Shown: positions 30,066 to 38,296 of the stretch, one piece after another
How positions within the stretch are numbered: the first letter of the stretch is position 1
Layout: the number at the start of each line of letters is the position of its first letter
IMG/VR virus record: IMGVR_UViG_3300044641_006340
Origin: an uncultured virus (IMG/VR IMGVR_UViG_3300044641_006340)
Lineage: Duplodnaviria > Heunggongvirae > Uroviricota > Caudoviricetes
Direction: 5' to 3' (one strand)
DNA length: 54,950 bases
Position numbers and translations under genes: made by a program
The notes under the pieces: model-generated
Database searches by the model: none
What the model was told of the DNA's origin: nothing
Seen by the model: the letters and a program-made list of their open reading frames with translations, nothing else

Positions 30066-31882
30066 TAGTTGCAGTCCTGTTGAAGAGTGATTGACGCAAA
30101 CGGCCCCGTCCCAACGGCATTGACGGCAGCAACTTGGAACGAGCCGGTGGGCGCGTGATTGTCGATAAAACCGCCCGTATAAGACCCTGCGGGCCGGGTT
30201 CCGCTGGACGGAGCCACACTGGTCGTCGCTCCGCTACCGATTCGCCAAACATATCCCGTAATTGCCGAGCCGCCGTTAGACACTGGTGCGTTCCACATAG
30301 TGTCGTTAGACGAACATCCCCAGTAGTTGTCAGCATTTCGCAGTGAAGTCGGAGCATCAGGAACGCTCGCCGAATTCGGCGTCACGGCACTCGATGCCGC
30401 CGAATAGCTTCCTGTTCCGATGTCATTCGTTGCCGCCACACGGAAAACATACGCCGTGCCGTTGGTCAGGCCAGTGACCGTCGCTGAAGTCGAGGTCGAG
30501 GTGCCGTCGCTAAACGTCGTCCATGTCGAGCCGCTGTTCGATGAATGCTGCACGACATAGTCCGTGATCGGCGTCTGAGCCAACACGGTCGGCGCAGTCC
30601 ACGAGAGAGTGGCTTGAGCGTTGCCAACGGCTGCCGTCAGTCCGGTCGGTGCTGGTGGCAGAAACAAGTCCCAGCGAGAGTCATAACTAGAACTTCCACC
30701 TCCCGAGCCAGTGATGGTGACGGGGAACGTGGCTTCGGCTGCATCTGAGAACGCAATGGCGGATGGCACGAACGACGTACCACTTGGATATCGACATACC
30801 GTGCTGATTCGTAACTCATCGATATATCCCGAGTAGTCTCGCCCAGACAACGCTCCATCCTTGCCAATGCGGATAATGGAGTCACTGCTATTGCTGTAAG
30901 ACTGAGTCATGTCGTATGTGCGAGTCGCCTGCTGAACGCCGTCAACATACATACGAAACACGTTTCCAGCATCGCGAACAATTGCAACATGATGCCAAAC
31001 ATTATCGTTCCAGCCACCAGACGTTGTAGTCATCGCGCCGCCGAAGCCAAGCGAATACAAGGCCAAGTCGCCAGCGCTCGCAGAAGCGTTGTTTATGTTC
31101 AGAACGTAGTCGTACGCGGCCTCGCTCTGTTGGCCTCGATAAAAGAGACATGTGTATTGCTGCATGATAGCTGTTTTGAACCAAAATTCGACTGTGTGCT
31201 GTTGTGTGCTGAACTGGAGTGAAGACTGGTTCTGAGTCGATAGTTGAATGTAGTCGCCAGTACCATCAAAATAAGCCGCCTTGCCACCGAATTTACTCTG
31301 CTCCGTGCTTTGCGTGACGTTACCAAACGCCATGATTGCCTTGGGTGTAGCACTAGAATCTGTAAATGTATTGCCGCTTCCGTTCATATGAAGTAGTAGT
31401 GACACGGAAGAAAATGCATAGTCGCCAAGCTGCGGTATCGTCACACTACCAGATAAAGCTCCGCCGCCAGAAGAAACTCCAGAAGCCATTGTCAAGTATT
31501 CTAAAACTGTTCCTGATGGGACACTGTTATTGAGAGTAACATTAGATCCGTCTGTTGCAGAAAAATCTAAAGTTGATACTAACTTAACTCCATCTTGGAA
31601 CAGGTCCAGATATCCGACTGGATAGCCTCCCGATACTGCAAAACTGGTCAATGTTCCTGTTGTGCTTATTATTCCTCTAACTCCAACATAGGAGGACGAT
31701 GACCCACCAACACTAGTCGATCCTATTCCACTAAGAGCCACCCAATTAGAAACACCATCACCTATCTTAAGAACACCATTCGTTAAATCATATCCTGGTT
31801 CACCGCTAGCTAAAACGGGATTGGCCGAAGTCCATGCTGAAGCTGTCCCTTTGCGAAATGTGATCAAATCATTTACGGCCAT
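30065..31882 (-). CDS. Mtd_N + LamG + FN3 fibre protein; chimeric GC
   Basis: ITFRKGTASAWTSANPVLASGEPGYD; HTVEFWFK...WHHVAIVR...YIDELRIS; two FN3-like units. Confidence 0.8.
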   Translation of the reverse strand: MAVNDLITFRKGTASAWTSANPVLASGEPGYDLTNGVLKIGDGVSNWVALSGIGSTSVGGSSSSYVGVRGIISTTGTLTSFAVSGGYPVGYLDLFQDGVKLVSTLDFSATDGSNVTLNNSVPSGTVLEYLTMASGVSSGGGALSGSVTIPQLGDYAFSSVSLLLHMNGSGNTFTDSSATPKAIMAFGNVTQSTEQSKFGGKAAYFDGTGDYIQLSTQNQSSLQFSTQQHTVEFWFKTAIMQQYTCLFYRGQQSEAAYDYVLNINNASASAGDLALYSLGFGGAMTTTSGGWNDNVWHHVAIVRDAGNVFRMYVDGVQQATRTYDMTQSYSNSSDSIIRIGKDGALSGRDYSGYIDELRISTVCRYPSGTSFVPSAIAFSDAAEATFPVTITGSGGGSSSYDSRWDLFLPPAPTGLTAAVGNAQATLSWTAPTVLAQTPITDYVVQHSSNSGSTWTTFSDGTSTSTSATVTGLTNGTAYVFRVAATNDIGTGSYSAASSAVTPNSASVPDAPTSLRNADNYWGCSSNDTMWNAPVSNGGSAITGYVWRIGSGATTSVAPSSGTRPAGSYTGGFIDNHAPTGSFQVAAVNAVGTGPFASITLQQDCN

Positions 31883-31988
31883 CTTAAAATATAATCCTAT
31901 TACTATGTTATCGATTATTAGCTATAATAATAATTAATACACCCGGCCGCAAGATAAATGAATAGTTATAATATGGCTAATTTTATAG

Positions 31989-32840
31989 TTAAGATAGAAT
32001 CTTATTCTTAGCTCTTTCTAGGATATTATCCAAACTATCTTGAGGAATTCTTCCTTTAAAATGATTATAAGTATCAACTATCATTTGATGGTCTGGATCC
32101 CTAGTAATTTCTAACCATCCCACAAAATAATTCCATATTCTATCTTCTAAGATTAGTGGATATTTAACTCCGTTGGGTCGGCCAAATCGATGAACCCACT
32201 TTAATTGAGGAATACAAATATTTTTACCTCCGTTTCTTCTAAATTTTTCGGCTATATATCCTTCTTCTCCCCCAAATCCTTTAAAAGATGGACAAATACC
32301 GGGCCAGTTTTTTTTCTCAAAGGAACATAATCCCATTCCTTGCATTTTGATTTCAAAAGGCTCTCCTTTATCATAGGATTCTTTGTTGGTATACCATGTA
32401 CCATACATATCTCCTCTCCATTCATCCTTGAACTCTGTAGCGTAGCTAATTAAATCATCATATAGTAAAGGCCCCTGAATTAAATCCTTGCAATCTGGGC
32501 GAGTTGAGTAATATTCTAATAATTTTTTTAAAGAATTTTCTACTAATAAAACATGACAATCTAAGATCAAGATATACTGCCCATTAGCATAATCCACAAT
32601 CTTATATTTATTAAATGAACATGGCTTATCTTTAATTGGAATATATTTAGCTACTCCAGAACACCATGAATTCAAAAAACCCTTTAATGACTCTGAGTGG
32701 GATCCATCTGGATGATTATCTAGTACAATAATTTCAATATTATCAAGCTTATGATACATTCTTAATGACTGTATAGTAAAATACACACCATCAAAATCAT
32801 CGTATGTACTCATACCAATAGTCAGTATTTTTTCGCTCAT
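31989..32840 (-). CDS. GT-A fold glycosyltransferase (GT2/GT27, ppGalNAc-T-like)
   Basis: LTIGMSTYD, IIVLDN, DxH (ILDCHV), GFGGEEG, GG...P...HRF. Confidence 0.85.
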   Translation of the reverse strand: MSEKILTIGMSTYDDFDGVYFTIQSLRMYHKLDNIEIIVLDNHPDGSHSESLKGFLNSWCSGVAKYIPIKDKPCSFNKYKIVDYANGQYILILDCHVLLVENSLKKLLEYYSTRPDCKDLIQGPLLYDDLISYATEFKDEWRGDMYGTWYTNKESYDKGEPFEIKMQGMGLCSFEKKNWPGICPSFKGFGGEEGYIAEKFRRNGGKNICIPQLKWVHRFGRPNGVKYPLILEDRIWNYFVGWLEITRDPDHQMIVDTYNHFKGRIPQDSLDNILERAKNKILS

Positions 32841-32848
32841 GAACTAGA

Positions 32849-33109
32849 TTAGTATAAAACTAATGATTGTAACTTCTCTTGTGGATTGCTTCCTATTAGC
32901 TCTAAAATTTTCTCTTCAACCTGAGCTTGTGTGTAATCTCCAGCATTATCATAATCATCACCTCTCCATAATACAAGAGGAGACAAATATGGGAGGAGCC
33001 TAACTAAAACAAGTTTTTTCGATATATCATCTATAATTACAGGTTCTAAACTGGATACAATGGATGATTCATTGTGTGTATTTAAAGTAACCGAATAATT
33101 TAATATCAT
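32849..33109 (-). CDS. Hypothetical protein (86 aa)
   Basis: AGGA RBS; in the operon between the poly-Thr fibre and the glycosyltransferase. Confidence 0.6.
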   Translation of the reverse strand: MILNYSVTLNTHNESSIVSSLEPVIIDDISKKLVLVRLLPYLSPLVLWRGDDYDNAGDYTQAQVEEKILELIGSNPQEKLQSLVLY

Positions 33110-33123
33110 AATTTAATCCTTTT

Positions 33124-35913
33124 TTATGGCCATGTAACCTGCATAACTTCTGAAACAGCGTGATAGTATCTATATTGAGAATTTTTACTAGCGAAACCTG
33201 ATCCATTGTTTGCTGTATAAGGCCATTTATTAAGAGCAATAGCTCTATAATATTTAGTACCAGTAGATGGAGTTATATTATATGCATTAATCTGAAAACC
33301 GCCCCTAGAATCTTGTGAGGATAGGTCTGTCCAGTCCGCGCTATCTGTTGGGCCGGTAGTAGCTACCTGAATCTTTACTGTAGTATCATTTCCGCTATAC
33401 CATGAAGTATCAACAAAATTATTAAAATTATAAAGGTCTAGTACTAAATTTTCACCACTTTGTAAAGATATGGTTTGCGGAGAACCTCCGTTAGAAGAAC
33501 TTCCATTACTACCATACCAGTATGCTGATGGATAATGTAGTGAATATATTTTTAGAAATCTAACAACATTAGTAGTTGCTGGAGTTCCTCCAGGAGCAGA
33601 TATTGAGCATCTTAATTGTAAGATGCCATTAGAATCAAAATCGTATAATCCGTATGTATTAACTAAATTATCAACACTGGTAGCGAAAGAAGCAGAAGTT
33701 GCTCCAGACAAATCTCTCCAAGCATTGGTATAGTCACTATTAGCATAATCTTGTCCATAATATTGCCACTGATATGCTAGACTACCTCCTCCTCCGGTTG
33801 CTGTGGTGCTAAATGTTATGTTTTCTGAACTCGTAGTTGCGTAATCATTTAATGGTTGAGAAGTAATAACTATTGGAGGATTAGGAATAAAACCACTTGA
33901 TGTTACATACTTACCAGTAGCTTGACTATTAATAGCTGCCACTCTTGCAATATAAGTGGAGCCATTTGTTAATCCAGTAATTGTTCCAGATGTTGATGTG
34001 CTTATCCCATCATTAAATGTTGTCCAGGTAGTTCCACTATTAGAGGAGTATTGTAATACATAGTCTGTAATATTTGATCCTCCATTTCTGAGAGGAGCTG
34101 TCCAACTAAGACCTAGTTGATTGTTTCCTGTTAAAACATTAAGATTTTTAGGAGCGTCTGGGCCAATAATTGGACCACTATCTGGATATTTACCTGTTGG
34201 CGGCGTAAAGTTTGAGAGGTATCTACCAACGCCAATAGTGTACCTGATTTCATCTATACTACTAATATGTTGGAAAGCCATACTTTTTCTAGTATTAAAC
34301 TCTCCAGCTAGAAGATAATTACTAAATACTAGCGGCATAACTCCACTGTAAACATTACCAGTTACAGCAAAAGCAGAACCGTCAGCATAATTAATACCAT
34401 AGCCACCTATTCCTGGAGAATTAAGACCTAGTACTTGTTGCTGACCATTGATAAATACCCTAGTCTCTCCATCATTTACGCTTATGGCCATATGAGACCA
34501 AACCCCTGTGTGTGAGGTAATATCAACTGACCATAAATTATAATAACCAAAATCTGGATGAAGATATAAAGAAGATAAGTGCTTACCTCCGCTATCCAAA
34601 TTGCCGACAAATAAATGATATTTATCTTGTTTGAATCCGTATCCGTCCGTCAAAAACCAGCTATTTGCTGGATTCTTCCAATGCCACTCTAATGTGTAAT
34701 CTCCTGACGTATTAAGATTATAACCTAAAGCCAAGATACTTGGACTATTATCGTTGGCTGTTCCTCCTTTGAGAACTCCTCCACTAGAGCTAATGGGACT
34801 AAGATCAGCGGGATCCATAGAAATAGTTGTGAAAGCAGCCGGAGACCACGACACAATATCACTATTGGCGCTATTAATGATCATTCCAGAGCCTTGTTGA
34901 ACATCAAGATAATGATCAAAATGTAGTAACAATTCAACATTGTAAAAATAGGGATCGCCCGAAGGTGGAGGAGCCGGAGTTGTGGTTGTTGTTGTAGTAC
35001 TAGTTGTTGTTGTCGTTGTTGTTGTGGTGGTTGTTGTGGTGGTTGTTGTTGTACCCGATGCAACTATTTGATCCACAACACCCTCTAATCCAACAGGATC
35101 CCCTAAAACCTGCAATACTTCTGCTGTGGTATCATCCCACACATGTACTGGAGCGCCATCTCCTTCACCATTTTCTCCTAGATCATTTATATCATCAAAA
35201 ATACTGGTATTCCGAATAAAATTTTCTCCAATAGTTGATAAAAATCCTGCTTCATTTGATGATAGTTCTAATTCATCTTCAATGTTTTGAATACCTATTC
35301 CAGTTTCAAAATCACTTCTACTTAAGCCGTAAACAGATGAGGCTCTTCCAAAACCATCCCAAAATCTACCATCTCCTCCGTTCCACGGCACTCCATTATT
35401 AGCTGCTACTCTTTTAAGAATAACTGTTAATGCTCCTCTTAGTTTAACAACATTATTGATAGTGTTCCAACTCATTTCAAAAGCTAAAAATGTATTAGCT
35501 CCAGAGCCCTTTTTAAGTATATTTAAGCTAACTGGTCCAGCAGTAACTTTAGCGGTATTTGTGTACGTTGTTGAAACACCATTAAGTTCTACTCGAACGT
35601 TATCAATAACTTTAGCACCATTGCCCCATGTTTTATTAGTATAAAAAACTTTAATAGTATGAGTAGATGTTTCTAAATCCAATAATCTTAATTCATTATT
35701 GCCAGTCGAACCTTGCTTATTATCTCCCCAAGTTGCTATATTTTTAGTTGTTGTTCTATTTTTTGAGTCCATTGAACTAACACTAATATACATATGAGGA
35801 TCACCCCATCCTCCAACTGTCATAGACGGTAAAGTAGTTAATGGAGTAGGTGCTGGTCCAGGAGGTCGAGTGCGTGGAACACCATTGACTAGAAATATTT
35901 TGCCGTTTCTCAT
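33124..35913 (-). CDS. Mucin-like virion protein: WGDPH motif, poly-Thr linker, LamG, FN3, Ig
   Basis: GGWGDPHMY at aa 34-42; about 25-residue T/S tract then PAPPP; YTLEWHWK...IDEIRYT; FN3; Ig (ITSQP...YQWQ...LRC). Confidence 0.75.
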   Translation of the reverse strand: MRNGKIFLVNGVPRTRPPGPAPTPLTTLPSMTVGGWGDPHMYISVSSMDSKNRTTTKNIATWGDNKQGSTGNNELRLLDLETSTHTIKVFYTNKTWGNGAKVIDNVRVELNGVSTTYTNTAKVTAGPVSLNILKKGSGANTFLAFEMSWNTINNVVKLRGALTVILKRVAANNGVPWNGGDGRFWDGFGRASSVYGLSRSDFETGIGIQNIEDELELSSNEAGFLSTIGENFIRNTSIFDDINDLGENGEGDGAPVHVWDDTTAEVLQVLGDPVGLEGVVDQIVASGTTTTTTTTTTTTTTTTTSTTTTTTTPAPPPSGDPYFYNVELLLHFDHYLDVQQGSGMIINSANSDIVSWSPAAFTTISMDPADLSPISSSGGVLKGGTANDNSPSILALGYNLNTSGDYTLEWHWKNPANSWFLTDGYGFKQDKYHLFVGNLDSGGKHLSSLYLHPDFGYYNLWSVDITSHTGVWSHMAISVNDGETRVFINGQQQVLGLNSPGIGGYGINYADGSAFAVTGNVYSGVMPLVFSNYLLAGEFNTRKSMAFQHISSIDEIRYTIGVGRYLSNFTPPTGKYPDSGPIIGPDAPKNLNVLTGNNQLGLSWTAPLRNGGSNITDYVLQYSSNSGTTWTTFNDGISTSTSGTITGLTNGSTYIARVAAINSQATGKYVTSSGFIPNPPIVITSQPLNDYATTSSENITFSTTATGGGGSLAYQWQYYGQDYANSDYTNAWRDLSGATSASFATSVDNLVNTYGLYDFDSNGILQLRCSISAPGGTPATTNVVRFLKIYSLHYPSAYWYGSNGSSSNGGSPQTISLQSGENLVLDLYNFNNFVDTSWYSGNDTTVKIQVATTGPTDSADWTDLSSQDSRGGFQINAYNITPSTGTKYYRAIALNKWPYTANNGSGFASKNSQYRYYHAVSEVMQVTWP
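34978..35052. repeat. Coding ACN (poly-Thr) low-complexity tract
   Basis: (gtt/gtg/gta)n on the plus strand. Confidence 0.9.
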
Positions 35914-35914
35914 A

Positions 35915-37582
35915 TTATGGAGTACCTCCGTCTATGACGCAGTAATACAGTGTTGTTGGACTATTTGCGCCTGTTCCACTAATAGCGCTTAATCCAGCTA
36001 TAATATTGGACGAACCACCTAAATTAATTGTGGTTGATCCTAATGAAATACCACTGCTGGCTAATTTGGTAACAGAAATTGCCGCGCTAGAACTTATATC
36101 GGCATCGACTATGGTATTAGGAGCTATATCGGTACTTATACTAAGTAAGCCATTGCCTAAACTATTTAAGGTCACGCTAGCTGAACCAGTAACGTCTCCA
36201 GTAAGAGATCCGCTAATAACTGGACTAGGAACACCAGATAAGTTATTGAAATTTCTATAATAAGAACCATGTTCACCATCAAGTAAATCAGAATTTAAAT
36301 TTGAAACAAGTCCGGATGAAGATACTTGCAAATTATTAGCAATAAAATCACCACTAGTATAAACATTACCACCAGTAAATTCCCATCTATTATTAACTGA
36401 GTTCCAAACAAGAGAACGAGTACTAGCACCATCAACAACTTCTAGACCACCCGTACTTAGTCCGCTTGTGTTAACTCTAATAATATTGTCACCAATCTCA
36501 ACAGTAGTACTGTTAACCGTTGTGGTAGTGCCCTGAACGGTTAGATTGCCACCAACAGTCAAATCACCAGCAGCTGTTAAAGTTCCGTTAACTGTAATCC
36601 CACTTAATGTAGGATTATTAGCAAATACCAGAGCACCGCTTCCTGTTTCATCAGTAACTAATGAGTTTAAATTACTACTACTAGGGGTTAGTAAGAAAGT
36701 TCTAGCGTCGGCGGATAAATCTGTAACATCAGCAAGCTGAACAGTAGGATCACTCAAACTAACGGTATAATTACCGCTATTGTGAGTTAATGATATGCCA
36801 CTACCTGCTGTTAAAGCACTACTAATACTAAGAGTATTTGTTCCACTATTGTAAACAATATCAATACCGCTGCCACCAACTATACTAGCACTAACAGCAT
36901 TTTCTATAAGAGTATTAACGCCACTAGCAAAATTAGTAATTAAAGAAGTTGGAATGCCAGTTACTGAAACCTGAAGACTATTAGCATTATCATTATAATT
37001 TAAGCCAATACCTGTACCAGCAGTAAGTAAACTAGCTACTCTGTCGTCAACACCTTCTGAAAAGTCTATAATATCTGATACTTGTATTGTAGGATCGCTT
37101 AAGCTTATAGTAGTAATCTTAGATGAATTGTCGTAAGAAACTGCAACTCCACTAACTCCACTGATGCTAGAACCAATAACATCTTTAACAGTATTAGTAT
37201 CTAAACCATTAGTAGAAATAGTAAAAGTACCATCATTACCACTAACAGCAATATTTGTACCAGCTACGATATTTTTAACAGGTAGAAGTCCGCTGACAGC
37301 GCCAGCAAAATCGCTAATATAAGAAGAATTTAGTCCTGTTACGGATACTGTTGCTATTCCACTACTTGAAGCATAAGAAATATTGACTCCGCTTGTTCCT
37401 ACAAGATCAGTTCCTATGATTGTAGCCCAAGGTAAACTATCCCATAGGGTAGAACCATCACCGATCTTTATCTTTTTTAGCGTCAAATCATAACCAACCT
37501 CACCTTGGGATAATGGGTCAAGACCGGCTGCCCACTCTGAACTAGAGCCTCTACGAAACTGAATTTTTGTTTGTGCTGGCAT
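35915..37582 (-). CDS. Mtd_N fibre shaft protein ending IDGGTP
   Basis: KIQFRRGSSSEW...GEVGYDLTLKKIKIGDG; AGxGI shaft repeats; GNLTVQGTTTTVNST; NLNSDLLDG. Confidence 0.75.
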   Translation of the reverse strand: MPAQTKIQFRRGSSSEWAAGLDPLSQGEVGYDLTLKKIKIGDGSTLWDSLPWATIIGTDLVGTSGVNISYASSSGIATVSVTGLNSSYISDFAGAVSGLLPVKNIVAGTNIAVSGNDGTFTISTNGLDTNTVKDVIGSSISGVSGVAVSYDNSSKITTISLSDPTIQVSDIIDFSEGVDDRVASLLTAGTGIGLNYNDNANSLQVSVTGIPTSLITNFASGVNTLIENAVSASIVGGSGIDIVYNSGTNTLSISSALTAGSGISLTHNSGNYTVSLSDPTVQLADVTDLSADARTFLLTPSSSNLNSLVTDETGSGALVFANNPTLSGITVNGTLTAAGDLTVGGNLTVQGTTTTVNSTTVEIGDNIIRVNTSGLSTGGLEVVDGASTRSLVWNSVNNRWEFTGGNVYTSGDFIANNLQVSSSGLVSNLNSDLLDGEHGSYYRNFNNLSGVPSPVISGSLTGDVTGSASVTLNSLGNGLLSISTDIAPNTIVDADISSSAAISVTKLASSGISLGSTTINLGGSSNIIAGLSAISGTGANSPTTLYYCVIDGGTP

Positions 37583-37598
37583 GATACCCTCTTATAAG

Positions 37599-37850
37599 TT
37601 ATGGTGTTCCGCAATCAAATTCATAATGATCTAAGTAATAGTCTAAACCATCTATTCCGGCTTTTTTGATTTTTGTTAAAGGAATATTATCTGGTAAATC
37701 TCCAACAAGAACCTTTTCAGTATTCACTATTTCTATATTAAAAGAATCAGATCTCTCAATTTCTATATTATTAACAACATCAACATATGTGGTTTCAATT
37801 TCCAATAAGTTCGTGGTAGGATCAGTAATTTCAATAATAAAATCGCTCAT
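37599..37850 (-). CDS. Small acidic virion protein ending FDCGTP
   Basis: 83-aa ORF abutting the adaptor gene. Confidence 0.6.
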   Translation of the reverse strand: MSDFIIEITDPTTNLLEIETTYVDVVNNIEIERSDSFNIEIVNTEKVLVGDLPDNIPLTKIKKAGIDGLDYYLDHYEFDCGTP

Positions 37851-38249
37851 TTAGCACTCCAAATTGCTATTATTCTGACTAAATCGTTTAACAATATTGA
37901 CTGTTCCAAAAAGTATTCTTGTAGTATATTTACCTCCTCCATTATATAAATCATCTGGAGACTTTAGTTCTAAGTCATACTTAGCAGTGGTAAAATTAAA
38001 GTTATTGGTGGTGTGAGCTGGAAACATTAATGTTAATTTGCCAGCAATATCATCAACATCGAATTTATATACACTGTGATCTGTATTTTCAGAACTAAAT
38101 ACTTGAGTAGTATTGGTATTGGTTTTCCATACTAGTCTGGCACACCAATTGGTTAGATTAATTGGGTTTCTCTCAGAATCTTTATATATTAATGACAACT
38201 TAAACGAGGTGCCTTGCTCGATAGAAAAATCGTACTTGCTGGCTGCCAT
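37851..38249 (-). CDS. Ig-like fibre adaptor (BppU-N-like); paralog of 25983-26426
   Basis: YDFSIEQGTSF...PINLTNWCARLVW...YDLELKSPDDLYNGGGK. Confidence 0.55.
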   Translation of the reverse strand: MAASKYDFSIEQGTSFKLSLIYKDSERNPINLTNWCARLVWKTNTNTTQVFSSENTDHSVYKFDVDDIAGKLTLMFPAHTTNNFNFTTAKYDLELKSPDDLYNGGGKYTTRILFGTVNIVKRFSQNNSNLEC

Positions 38250-38296
38250 GCATGAGCCCTCTTAAAATATGGATATTAATATTTATTATTACACCT

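Noticed and set aside
34881..35219. Poly-Gln and poly-Leu/Trp ORFs
   Set aside because: Alternate-frame and antisense readings of the poly-Thr codon tract.
7010..37582. Diversity-generating retroelement suggested by four Mtd_N domains
   Set aside because: No reverse transcriptase or Avd gene, no C-type-lectin variable domain and no adenine-specific TR/VR pair were seen. Mtd_N is only the anchor domain. A DGR elsewhere in the genome cannot be excluded.
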